From an uncultured beta proteobacterium (lineage in GTDB: Bacteria > Pseudomonadota > Gammaproteobacteria > Burkholderiales > Burkholderiaceae_F), in assembly GCA_963703945.1 (NCBI GenBank), contig CAVPGM010000045.1, positions 50,851 through 114,850 of the forward strand: DNA of 64,000 nucleotides. The letters are read 5' to 3'. A program made the translations under genes and the position numbers. The notes beneath the pieces were generated by a model. That model was given only the letters and a program-made list of their open reading frames with translations. It was not told the DNA's origin and did not search any database. Of this stretch, positions 30,424 to 39,857 are shown piece by piece; positions within the stretch are counted from its first letter, which is position 1; each line of letters opens with the position of its first letter.

Positions 30424-32673
30424 TTACGCCGCGCGGCGCAGTTCGTCGAAATCGTCCTCGCAGAACTGCGGCATCGGACGCTCGGCACCGGTGGTGTTGT
30501 CGAGCCGCAGTGTCAGGCAGTAGGCCGCCCCGCCCGAGCGGTTGAACGAATCGAGCGGAACACGATGCACGCGGTAGCCGCGTGCCACCAGCGCGGCCTG
30601 TGTGGCGGCTGACACGTGGCACATGACGACGTCGCGCCCTATGCACACCGAGTTGACCCCAAGATGGAACGCATCGTCGTCGGTGGCTGTGATCAGCCGA
30701 TCCTCGCCGACGATCTCGCGCACCGCTTCGGCGGCCGAGGCGGAAAACGCCGGCGGATACCACAGCACCTCGCCGCCTTCGAGCACGCAAAAACAGGTAT
30801 CGAGGTGGTAAAAGCGCGGGTCGACGAGTTCGAGCGCAATGGCCGGCACACCGAACTCCTGCTCGATGACGCGGAACATCTCGCGGCTCGACCGCTGGCC
30901 GTAACCCGTCCAGACCAGCTGCCGGGTCGCATCCCAGATCGCATCGCCCGCGCCCTCGAAGCTGAGGCCGGTAGGCGGCTCGATGATTTCGTCGATCACT
31001 CCGCGCGCTCGCAGCGCCTCGAAGAACGCGCGGTTGTGCACTTCCTCGCCCTGGCGCTCGCCATGCAGGAAACGCGCCAAAAGGACCTTGCGGTCGAGCA
31101 CCATGGCGGCATTGGCCGTGAAGACCATGTCGGGCAGACCGCGCACCGGCGCCTGGACGTCGACCACCGCGCCGAGCCGTTCGTAGGCCGCGCGCAACGC
31201 CTGCCATCCGCGCCGCGCATCGTCTGCGAGCCGCTCGGCGGAGACCGCCCATTGCGATGGCTCCATCCACGGGTTGATGCGATAGCTGACCTCGAAGTGG
31301 TCGGCCGAGCTCATCATCAGGTGAGGTGTCGAGCGCGACTGTGACTGCCGCTGGGGCACCGTTGCGCTCTGTCGCGCCGCTCGGTGCAGCGTTTCGGTCG
31401 CGGCCGGGTGCCGGCCAGCGCGTTGCCTGCGTGGATCGAACTCCGCCAGCACGTCGGCGAAAACATCGACGCCCCAGTCGAGCGCCTCACGCGAAATGGT
31501 GAGCGGAGGTGCGAAGCGGATCACGGTTTCGTGCGTTTCCTTGCTCAGCACGCCGCGCGTGGCCATGCGCTCGACCACCGCGCGCGCCGAGACGGTCCGC
31601 CGATCGAGTTCGACTCCGACCCACAGTCCACGCCCGCGCACATCGATCACGAGCGGTGAATCAATCCTGCGCAGCCGGCTCAGCAACTGAAGTCCAAGCT
31701 CACGGCTGCGATCGACCAGCCGCTCGTCGACCAGCACGTTGATCGCCTCGAGACCGACGCGCGCGGCGAGCGGGTTGCCGCCGAAGGTCGAGCCGTGGCT
31801 GCCTGGATCGAACGTATCCATCACGTCGGCACGCGCGATGAACGCCGACACCGGCAGCAGGCCTCCGCCAAGCGCCTTGCCGACGATCACGCCGTCCGGT
31901 CGGATGTCGTCGTGCATGTAGGCGAACATCGCACCGGTGCGACCGAGCCCGGACTGGACTTCATCGAGGATCATCAGCACATTGCGCTCGTCGCACAGGC
32001 GGCGCACCGCCTTCAGGTAGCCCTCGGGGGGCAGGATGATGCCGGCCTCGCCCTGGATCGGCTCCATCAGCACTGCCGCCGTGTTTTCGTTGATGACTGC
32101 CGACAGGGAGCCGATGTCGCCAAAGTCGAAATGCCGGAAGCCCGGACCGAACGGTCCGAAATCGGCGCGATACGACGGCTCGGTGGAGAACCCGACGACG
32201 GTGCTCGAACGTCCGTGGAAGTTGCCGCGTGCCACTGCGATCTCGGCGCGGTCAGCGGCGATGCCCTTGACGCGATAGCCCCAGCGACGCGCAGCCTTGA
32301 TCGCGGTTTCAACCGATTCACAGCCTCCGCTCGCCGGCAGGACGCGCGCGGCCGTGCGCAGATCGGCCACTTCGACCAGGCGGGCCAGGAATGGTCCCAG
32401 TTCGGTGGAGTGATACGCGCGCGAGGTAACGGCCACGCGTTGCGCTTGGTCGATCAGCGCACGGACCAGTCGCGGATGCGCATGGCCATGGCTGACCGCG
32501 GAATAAGCCGACATGAAGTCGAGATAGCGCTTGCCGTCCGCGTCCCACAACCAGGCGCCGTCGCCGCGTTCGATTACGACCGGAATCGGCGCGTAGTTCG
32601 GCGCTGCGAAGTCTTGTTCCACCAAGATGGCGGAGGTCGATCGATTACCGAGTTGCCCGAGCCTTGCATCCAT
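30424..32673 (-). CDS. Apparent fusion of an ornithine--oxo-acid aminotransferase (N-terminal) and an amidinotransferase/guanidino-group-modifying-enzyme domain (C-terminal)
   Basis: 749-aa uninterrupted ORF. About the first 410 aa are a class-III PLP aminotransferase, RocD-like (SAYSAVSHGHAHP, DEVQSGLGRTG, VGKALGGG). A linker of about 40 aa (Arg/Gln/Ser/Thr/Ala-rich) follows. From MMSSADHFEVSYRINPWM (31317 downward) there is a GME-superfamily domain with FYHLDTCFCVL and the C-terminal Cys motif GGAAYCLTLRLD. Confidence 0.75.
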   Translation of the reverse strand: MDARLGQLGNRSTSAILVEQDFAAPNYAPIPVVIERGDGAWLWDADGKRYLDFMSAYSAVSHGHAHPRLVRALIDQAQRVAVTSRAYHSTELGPFLARLVEVADLRTAARVLPASGGCESVETAIKAARRWGYRVKGIAADRAEIAVARGNFHGRSSTVVGFSTEPSYRADFGPFGPGFRHFDFGDIGSLSAVINENTAAVLMEPIQGEAGIILPPEGYLKAVRRLCDERNVLMILDEVQSGLGRTGAMFAYMHDDIRPDGVIVGKALGGGLLPVSAFIARADVMDTFDPGSHGSTFGGNPLAARVGLEAINVLVDERLVDRSRELGLQLLSRLRRIDSPLVIDVRGRGLWVGVELDRRTVSARAVVERMATRGVLSKETHETVIRFAPPLTISREALDWGVDVFADVLAEFDPRRQRAGRHPAATETLHRAARQSATVPQRQSQSRSTPHLMMSSADHFEVSYRINPWMEPSQWAVSAERLADDARRGWQALRAAYERLGAVVDVQAPVRGLPDMVFTANAAMVLDRKVLLARFLHGERQGEEVHNRAFFEALRARGVIDEIIEPPTGLSFEGAGDAIWDATRQLVWTGYGQRSSREMFRVIEQEFGVPAIALELVDPRFYHLDTCFCVLEGGEVLWYPPAFSASAAEAVREIVGEDRLITATDDDAFHLGVNSVCIGRDVVMCHVSAATQAALVARGYRVHRVPLDSFNRSGGAAYCLTLRLDNTTGAERPMPQFCEDDFDELRRAA

Positions 32674-32802
32674 AGCATCACCCCATCAGGTGCTGCCAGT
32701 GTAGGAAGGCTGGCCCCCGTGCGATGCGAATCTCGGACTGCGGAACTGACCGATGCTGCAGTCGGGCGCACTCACTACCGCCGAATCGGCGGTGACGCCC
32801 GT

Positions 32803-33276
32803 TCAGGGCAACGGATAGCCGCGGAACGGTTTGACCGTCTGAAGCTCGGGCTTCGAGCTGATCTTCTCGACGCCCAGCGTCGGATCGTCGGTCCACGCGT
32901 TGGTGAGCTCGCGGTAGTGATCGAGGTCGCGGCATGCAAGTCGCAGCACGTAGTCGCACTGGCCTGACACCAGGAAACACTCGACCACTTCTTCCGTCGA
33001 CTTCATCCGTTGTTCAAAGCGGCTGTGGGTGGCCTGCGTCTGGTCCTTCAGCGTCACTTCGACCACGATCGTCAGCAGGCCGCCCAGGCGGCGCGGATCG
33101 AGAACCGCCATGTAAGCGGAAATGAGGCCGGAGCGTTCGAGCCGGCGCACGCGATCCAGGCAGGCGCGTGGGCTCAGCGCGATACGCTCCGACAGCGCCT
33201 GGTTGGTGATCCGCCCGTCGGCTTGCAGGATCTCGAGGATCCTGCGGTCGATGCGATCCAGTTCAGTGGTCGCCAT
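32803..33276 (-). CDS. Lrp/AsnC-family transcriptional regulator
   Basis: Conserved from MATTELDRIDRRILEILQADGRITNQALSERIALSPRACLDRVRRLE within ORF 32803..33399; 157 aa. Confidence 0.9.
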   Translation of the reverse strand: MATTELDRIDRRILEILQADGRITNQALSERIALSPRACLDRVRRLERSGLISAYMAVLDPRRLGGLLTIVVEVTLKDQTQATHSRFEQRMKSTEEVVECFLVSGQCDYVLRLACRDLDHYRELTNAWTDDPTLGVEKISSKPELQTVKPFRGYPLP

Positions 33277-33374
33277 GGCTCGCAGTATACGAATCGCAGG
33301 CCGGATGCCCGCGGTGGCGGTCGAGCGTCGCGTAGCATCCGTCGGCGACCTCATCCCGCACCGCCGTCCACGCC

Positions 33375-34667
33375 ATGCGCATCTTCGACTCCGCAGCACT
33401 CAATCCGGACGTGCGGCCGCGCGAGGTGTTTGCCTGGGCGGGATACGACTTCGCAAACTCGGGTTACACCACGGTTGTGCTGACCGCGGTATTCAACGCG
33501 TACTTCGTCGGCGTGGTCGCCGCCAATGCCGAATGGGCGACCTTCGCATGGACACTCATCCTCGGGGTGTCCAACGCAGCGCTGATGATCGCGATGCCGT
33601 TGATCGGGGCCTACGCCGACCTGCGCGCGCGCAAGAAGAGGCTGCTGGCCTTGAGCACCGCCGGATGCATCGCCGGTACCGCCGCGCTGGCCGCGGTCGG
33701 ACCGGGCGATGTCGCGCTCGCCGCGGCGGCGATCGCCGTTTCAAACTTCTTCTTCATGGCAGGTGTCGGGCTGATCGCCGCCTTCCTGCCCGAACTCGCG
33801 CGACCCGAGGCGCTCGGCAAGGTTTCCGGGTGGGGCTGGGGATTCGGTTATGTCGGCGGACTCATCACACTGGGCCTGTGCCTCGTCTACGTTCAATGGG
33901 CGCAGGCCGGCGGCAGCACGGCGCAGCAGTTCGTGCCGATGACGATGCTGATCACAGCGACCGTATTCGCGCTGGCCGCCGCCCCCACGTTGCTGATCGT
34001 GCGGGAGCGCGGCGTGGTACAGACCGACGAGCGGGTGGGGCACTTCGTCGCGCAGGCGATGGCGCGGCTCGGGCACACGCTGCGGCACATCGGGCGCTAT
34101 CGCGACTTTGGACTGCTGCTGCTGTGCGGGGTGTGCTACCAGGCTGGCGTGATGGTGGTGATCGCGCTGGCGGCGATCTATGCGCAGGAGGTGATGAAGT
34201 TCAGCTTCGTGCAGACGATGACGCTGGTGCTGGTCGTCAACGTGACCGCTGCCGTCGGTGCGTTCGCGTTCGGATATGTGCAGGATGCGATCGGGCACAA
34301 GCTCGCACTGGCACTGACGCTGCTGCTGTGGCTCGCGATGGTCGCGGTGGCTGCGGTGGCGACCAGCGCGGCGATGTTCTGGGTGGCCGCCAACCTCGCG
34401 GGGCTGGCGATGGGTTCGAGTCAGTCCGCGGGGCGCGCCATGGCGGGGCTTTTCGCCCCGCGCGACCGGCTGGCCGAGTTCTACGGGTTATGGACCTTTG
34501 CGACGCAGCTGGCGGCGATCGTGGGCCCGATCAGCTACGGTGCCGTGGTGTTTGCGACGGCCAACAACCATCGGCTCGCGATCGGCTTGACGGGGCTGTT
34601 CTTCGTCGGCGGACTCATCGCCCTCGCCGCCATCGACGTCGCGCGCGGGCGACGCAGCGCGGAATAG
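33375..34667 (+). CDS. MFS transporter (UMF1/Atg22-like family)
   Basis: 430 aa, about 12 TM. The N-terminal pattern WAGYDFANSGYTTVVLTAVFNAYF is typical of this MFS subfamily. Confidence 0.8.
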   Translation: MRIFDSAALNPDVRPREVFAWAGYDFANSGYTTVVLTAVFNAYFVGVVAANAEWATFAWTLILGVSNAALMIAMPLIGAYADLRARKKRLLALSTAGCIAGTAALAAVGPGDVALAAAAIAVSNFFFMAGVGLIAAFLPELARPEALGKVSGWGWGFGYVGGLITLGLCLVYVQWAQAGGSTAQQFVPMTMLITATVFALAAAPTLLIVRERGVVQTDERVGHFVAQAMARLGHTLRHIGRYRDFGLLLLCGVCYQAGVMVVIALAAIYAQEVMKFSFVQTMTLVLVVNVTAAVGAFAFGYVQDAIGHKLALALTLLLWLAMVAVAAVATSAAMFWVAANLAGLAMGSSQSAGRAMAGLFAPRDRLAEFYGLWTFATQLAAIVGPISYGAVVFATANNHRLAIGLTGLFFVGGLIALAAIDVARGRRSAE

Positions 34668-34692
34668 CTGACCGGCCGACAGCCGGAGGGGT

Positions 34693-35103
34693 TCAGCCCG
34701 CCGAGACGAGCGCGCCGACGCCTGCGCGTGCGATCAGCACATCCTCGCTCGACTTCACTCCCGAGACCCCGACCGCTCCAATGACGTGCCCATCGACGAT
34801 GATTGGCACGCCGCCTTCGAGCATGCCGTCGAGCGGCGCCGAAAGGAACGCGGTCCGGCCGCCATTGATCATGTCTTCGTACAGCTTCGATTCGCGCTTG
34901 CCGAGCGCTGATGCGCGCGCCTTCGCCGGCGCGATCGCCGCCGATACGGGCGCTACCCCGTCCATGCGATGCAGCAGCAGCAGGTGTCCGCCATCGTCGC
35001 AGATCGCGATCACCACGTTCCACTGGTGCGCGACAGCCTCCGCTTCGGCGGCGGCGGCAATGCGCTTGACATCGTCGAGCGTCAACATGGGTTTGGTCTT
35101 CAT
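34693..35103 (-). CDS. GlcG/HbpS-like haem-binding (DUF336) protein
   Basis: Conserved from MKTKPMLTLDDVKRIAAAAEAEA... within ORF 34693..35166; motif GGVPIIVDGHVIGAVGVSG. Confidence 0.8.
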   Translation of the reverse strand: MKTKPMLTLDDVKRIAAAAEAEAVAHQWNVVIAICDDGGHLLLLHRMDGVAPVSAAIAPAKARASALGKRESKLYEDMINGGRTAFLSAPLDGMLEGGVPIIVDGHVIGAVGVSGVKSSEDVLIARAGVGALVSAG

Positions 35104-35126
35104 CGTCGTCTCCTCGCGGTGAGTAT

Positions 35127-35870
35127 TCAGCGATAACGCAACAGGTAGTAGCCGCGCGACACCCACTCCCGCAGCGCGGCGTGCGAGACCTGCAATGCAG
35201 TGCTGCCGGGCACCAGCTGGTAGGCCCCGAACGGACGCTGCCCGGCGTATGCCGTCGGGCAGGCGATCACTTCGAGTCCTGCCGCCTCGAACACCTGCCG
35301 CGAGCGCGGCATATGCATCGCGTCAGTCACGAGTGCGACGCGCTTCAGTCCGTCTGCCTTCAGATCCTTGGCGGCGGCAAAGGCATTCTCGCCCGTGGTC
35401 GTCGCGGTCAGGTCGACCCAGCGCACTTCGAGCTTGTATTCCTGCACCAGCACGTCGCGCATCAACGTGGCCTCGGCGAACTTTCCGCCCTCGGGCCGGC
35501 CGCCGCTCACGTAGATCGGCAGGCCGGTCTCATGTGCGAGTCGCGCGCCGTAGCGCAGGCGTTGCAGTGTGTAGGTCTTCACGGTCTCGCCACCCCACTC
35601 GGGGGAGCCGCGGTTGTTGCCTCCGGCGAGGATGACGATCGCTTGCGCACGCTTCAGGTCATCCGCAGTGACCGGCGGTGGTTCGAGCGAGCGCGCCAGC
35701 GCGTTGGCTACGAGGGGCAGAGAGAGCGCCAGCAGGGCGAGCTGTGAGCCGAGCACCAGCGTCAGGCCGAGCGCCCGCCGCCATCGCGTGAGCAGCGCGC
35801 CGACGATCGTGAGAACGATCAGCGATGTCGGCGGCAGGACCAGGTCCGACAGGGCGTAGCTGAACGTCAC
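35127..35870 (-). CDS. YdcF/ElyC-family (DUF218) protein
   Basis: 247 aa. N-terminal TM segments, then a DUF218-like core (...AIVILAGG..., ...PIYVSGG..., ...VALVTDAMHMPRS...). Confidence 0.75.
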   Translation of the reverse strand: MTFSYALSDLVLPPTSLIVLTIVGALLTRWRRALGLTLVLGSQLALLALSLPLVANALARSLEPPPVTADDLKRAQAIVILAGGNNRGSPEWGGETVKTYTLQRLRYGARLAHETGLPIYVSGGRPEGGKFAEATLMRDVLVQEYKLEVRWVDLTATTTGENAFAAAKDLKADGLKRVALVTDAMHMPRSRQVFEAAGLEVIACPTAYAGQRPFGAYQLVPGSTALQVSHAALREWVSRGYYLLRYR

Positions 35871-35940
35871 GGCAAGTCTCGAATGGAAACGGCCGCGAGC
35901 TTACGCGAGCCCGCGGCCGTCTTCGAAAGCGACGAAACGC

Positions 35941-37837
35941 CTAGGCGTGCACCGCGTTCCTGATCTGTTCCAGCGCAGCGGGATCCTCGATCGTCGTCAG
36001 GTCGCCCGGATCACGCCCTTCGCACAGCGCCTGGATCGAACGGCGCAGCAGCTTGCCGGAGCGCGTCTTCGGCAGGACGCTGACAAAGTGCACGCGCGAC
36101 GGCCGCGCAACTGCGCCGAGCTGGCTGTCGACCGTCTTCATCATCTCGCCCTCGTGGGCAAGCTTCTTCTCCGCCGTGTCGGCTTTGCTCGGGTCCTTCA
36201 GGATCGCAAAGGCCATCGCGACCTGTCCCTTCAATTGATCGGCGACGCCGACCACCGCAACCTCAGCGACATTCGGATGCGATGACAGCGACTCCTCGAT
36301 CTCGCGAGTACCCAGGCGGTGGCCGGCCACGTTGATCACGTCGTCGGTTCGACCGAGGATGAAGAAGTAGCCGTCCTCGTCGCGGATGCCCCAGTCGAAC
36401 GTCGAATAGACCTGCTGATTGGGAATCGTGGTCCAGTAGGTCTTCACGAAGCGGGCGTCGTCACCCCATACCGTCGTCATGCATCCCGGCGGCAGCGGGC
36501 CCTCGATCGCGACCACGCCCTTGACGTGATGGTCGGTGATCTCCTCGCCGGTCGACTCGTCGTAGAGCTTGACCGAGTAGCCGTAGCACGGCACACCCGG
36601 CGAGCCGAATTTCGACGGTAGCGCCTCGACGCCGCGCGGGATCGCCAGGATCGGCCAGCCGGTCTCGGTCTGCCAGAAGTTGTCGATGATGGGCTTGCCG
36701 ATGCCCTTCGGCGATCCATCGTGCGGTCGGCTCGTCGAGCGGCTCGCCGGCCAGGAACAGCAGTCGCAGGCTGGAAAGGTCGTATTTCTTCAGGAGCGCC
36801 GGATCCTGCTTCTTCAGCACCCGGATCGCGGTCGGCGCCGAGAACATCGTCGTCACCTTGTACTTCTCGACAATGCTCCACCAGACGCCGCCGTCAGGGC
36901 GGATCGGCGTGCCCTCGTACATGACAGTCGCCATGCCGGCGATCAATGGACCGTAGATGATGTAGCTGTGGCCAACGACCCAGCCTATGTCGCTGGTTGC
37001 GAAGTAGGCCTCGCCCGGATTGCCACAGAAGATCAATTTCATCGACGCCGCGAGCGCCACGGCGTAGCCGCCGGTATCTCTCTGCACCCCCTTGGGCTTG
37101 CCCGTGGTGCCCGACGTGTACAGGATGTAGCTGGGTTCGCTCGATTCGAGCCAGGTGCACGGCACCTCGGCGTTCATGTGCTGGGCCCGCACCTTTGCGT
37201 AGTCCAGGTCGCGACCCGGCACCATCTTGGCTTCGGCCAGACCGCGGTCGACCATCAGTACGCTCTTCGGCGGAAACTTCGAAAGCGCGATGGCCTCGTC
37301 GAGCAGGTGCTTGTAAGGCACTGCCTTGCCGGAGCGCGACCCGGCGTCGGCGGAGACGATTACCTTGGGCTGCGCGTCGTCGATGCGGGTCGCCAGGCTT
37401 ACCGAGGCAAAGCCGCCGAAGACCACCGAGTGAATCGCGCCGATGCGCGCGCAGGCGAGCATGGCGAAGGTGGCCTCCGGAATCATCGGCATGTAGATGA
37501 GTACGCGATCGCCACGGACGACGCCGAGCGACTGCAGTATCGCGGCCATGCGGTTGACTTCGCGGTACAGCTGCTTGAACGTATAGATCTTCTCGTCACC
37601 GGTCTCGGTGGAAACGAAGATCAGGGCGGGCTGGTCGCCCCGCGTTGCAAGGTGGCGGTCGACCGCGTTGTGGCACAAGTTGGTGGTGCCCCCGACGAAC
37701 CAGCGCGCAAACGGCGGCCGCGAATAATCGAGAACGCGGGAAAACGGCTGCTGCCAGTCGATCAGCGCGGCCTGTTCGGCCCAGAACCCGGCGGGGTCCG
37801 CGATTGACCTAGCGTGACACTCCTTGTACTGCCCCAT
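35941..37837 (-). pseudogene. prpE: Propionate--CoA ligase / acetyl-CoA-synthetase-family enzyme, frameshifted near 36704
   Basis: The N-terminal part (MGQYKECHARSIADPAGFWAEQA...YTSGTTGKPKGVQR...LFLAGEPLDEPTARWIAEG) is in the frame of ORF 36461..37837. The continuation IGKPIIDNFWQTETGWPILAIPRGVEALPSKFGSPGVPCYGYSVKL... is in the frame of ORF 35941..36594. There is an extra base in the GGG/CCC run at about 36704..36706. The span is 1897 nt = 3n+1. Confidence 0.85.
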
Positions 37838-38987
37838 GCGCGCCTCCGTCCGGTGTGGCTTGAAGTTCCTTCTGTTGCCGCACCAGTTTCAGCATCGGGG
37901 CGATCTGCTCCAGAAGTCGGGGCAGATGCGGCACCACTTCAGCCGCCCGGCCAGCGCGAATCAGCGCCAGCGCGAGATTGATGTCCATCGAACCGTCCTC
38001 GGGCTTTGGATCCATGCTGCCCGGCGAGACGCCGTCCGAGGTCCCAAGAATGATGCGGCGCGAGCGATTTTGCTGTGCCTGCGCCGCGCGCTTTTGAGCC
38101 AGCGCACGAAGTTCCTCTGCGCTGCGCCGTAATTCCTCCGAAAGGGTCGACAGGCCGATGCAGGTCCAAACCTCGACTCCCGGTCCGGCCGCTTCGACGT
38201 TTTCGAGCACCTTGCGCAGGCGGGCGGCGAACCGCAGTACCCCCGAAAGCCCGGAAGAGGGTGTTGCGACGCAAAATTCGAACTTGTCGGACCGCGTTCC
38301 GAGGTCTTCGAGACGGATCGAGGCGGCCAGCGTGCGGCCGACCAGCTTGATGCGCTGGTCGACCTCGCCCTCCCACGACGCCTGCTGTGGCAGCGACAGT
38401 TCGACCCGCACACAGATCAGGGCAACGTCGGAAAGATTGCGCCGCGCGAACGAGATCAGTTTTTCGACCTGCTTGTCGAAAAACGGCATGTTCAGCAGTT
38501 CGGTCTCGCCGTCGACTGTGCGCGACGACTCGAGCGATGCCTGGCTCTCGGCCAGCGCTTCCCGCGTGGCGGACAGCCGCACCAGCACTTCCAGCCGCGC
38601 GATCAGTTCTGCCGCGGCCACGCCCTTCTGAATGAAATCCGTCGCGCCGATGGTGGCAGCGCGGTCGCGTTCTGCACCTTCGTCCTCGCCCGAAATGACG
38701 ACGACCGGCAGTTCGCGGATGCGCTGCACCTTCGAACTGCGTACCCGGTTGAGCAGTTCGAAACCATCGACCTTGGGCATGGTCAGGTCGGTGATCACGA
38801 CCCGGATCGACGAATCGAGCAGGATCGCCTGCCAGGCGGCTTCTCCGTCGAGGACTTCGCGGATGTCGAAGCGGTCGCGGATGTGCTGGACGATCGACGC
38901 CCGCACGATGCGCGAATCATCGGCAATCAGGACGCGCGGCTTGGGCGGCGCGCTCGGCGCTGAAGTCTTCTGGTTGTCGGTGGGCAC
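37809..38987 (-). CDS. Response regulator: REC domain plus a degenerate (non-catalytic) GGDEF-like domain
   Basis: 392 aa. REC (VLIADDSRIVR...ITDLTMPKVDGFELL...). The following domain has GGDEF-like topology, but SDKFE sits where GGDEF is expected (RLEDLGTRSDKFEFCVATP). GTG start at 38987. The 3' end overlaps the prpE start by 29 nt. Confidence 0.75.
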   Translation of the reverse strand: MPTDNQKTSAPSAPPKPRVLIADDSRIVRASIVQHIRDRFDIREVLDGEAAWQAILLDSSIRVVITDLTMPKVDGFELLNRVRSSKVQRIRELPVVVISGEDEGAERDRAATIGATDFIQKGVAAAELIARLEVLVRLSATREALAESQASLESSRTVDGETELLNMPFFDKQVEKLISFARRNLSDVALICVRVELSLPQQASWEGEVDQRIKLVGRTLAASIRLEDLGTRSDKFEFCVATPSSGLSGVLRFAARLRKVLENVEAAGPGVEVWTCIGLSTLSEELRRSAEELRALAQKRAAQAQQNRSRRIILGTSDGVSPGSMDPKPEDGSMDINLALALIRAGRAAEVVPHLPRLLEQIAPMLKLVRQQKELQATPDGGAHGAVQGVSR

Positions 38988-39149
38988 GCAACCCTCGGTG
39001 ACGGACCTCGGCCCGCTGTCCGAGGCCCCATCCGTGCTCAGTGCGGTGGAATTTAGCCTAAATGATCGGTGTAAACCCCGGCCAGCTTTAGGATTTCTCG
39101 CTGGAATGCGCTATGGTCGCGGCCATTGTGGCAGCCGCGCGCGAACTCG

Positions 39150-39713
39150 ATGCTGCGAAGCGGACGGTGGAAACGGGCTTGGCTCGCGTTTGGGGTCGCA
39201 CTGGCCTCAGGGTCGGCTTCGCCGGCCTCGGCGCAGGCGCCTTCGGCGGCGGGCAGCGCGGCCGACCTTGTCCTGCGCGCGCTGGCGCTGCTCGAGACGC
39301 CCTATCGCTATGGCGGGCGTACGCCCGCCGGGTTTGACTGCAGCGGATTCGTCGGTTTCGTATTCCGTGAGTCGGCGGGCGTCGAGTTGCCGCGCCGTTC
39401 CGAGGAGATCGGGCGCGTCGGCGAGCGGTTGGCGCCTCGCGCCCTGGCGGCCGGCGACCTCGTCTTCTTCAATACGCTCGGACGCCGCTTTTCACACGTC
39501 GGCATCTACGTTGGTGAAGATCGCTTCGTGCACGCGCCCACTCGCGGCGGACGCGTGCGCGTGGAACTGCTCTCGGACCCGTATTGGGCGGCGCGTTATA
39601 ACGGAGCGCGCCGCGTGGACGGACTCGCTCCCGCGCAATCGGCGGTCACCGCTGCGGCGTCAGCCGCTGGCACGCTTGGCGACTTCGGGCCTGAGACTCG
39701 CGTAACTCCCTGA
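39150..39713 (+). CDS. NlpC/P60 (C40) family cell-wall peptidase
   Basis: ORF 39126..39713. Signal peptide MLRSGRWKRAWLAFGVALASGSASPASA. Catalytic motifs YRYGGRTPAGFDCSGFV and HVGIYVGEDRFVHAP. Confidence 0.88.
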   Translation: MLRSGRWKRAWLAFGVALASGSASPASAQAPSAAGSAADLVLRALALLETPYRYGGRTPAGFDCSGFVGFVFRESAGVELPRRSEEIGRVGERLAPRALAAGDLVFFNTLGRRFSHVGIYVGEDRFVHAPTRGGRVRVELLSDPYWAARYNGARRVDGLAPAQSAVTAAASAAGTLGDFGPETRVTP

Positions 39714-39757
39714 ATCTACAAGTACAAACGTCAGGCGACTGGCCTTGAGTCCTTGAA

Positions 39758-39776
39758 CGCAAATGAGAACCATTTG
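39758..39776. promoter_or_regulatory. Fur-box-like 7-5-7 palindrome upstream of the iron-binding protein gene
   Basis: GCAAATGAGAACCATTTGC has perfect GCAAATG/CATTTGC arms. About 13 of 19 positions match the E. coli Fur consensus GATAATGATAATCATTATC by hand alignment. It lies in a locally AT-rich stretch 82 nt before the ATG at 39858. Confidence 0.6.
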
Positions 39777-39857
39777 CATTTGAGGTTGGTTTTCGTTAGC
39801 ATGCGATCGCGGGGTCGGGAGATCCGACTCGCCTCGAAGCCAAACGGAAACCACCAC

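Noticed and set aside
32777-32793. ACCGCCG-AAT-CGGCGGT hairpin between the lrp-like gene and the aminotransferase fusion, as a terminator
   Set aside because: There is no U-run after the stem in the direction of transcription (minus strand), so it is not a convincing intrinsic terminator.
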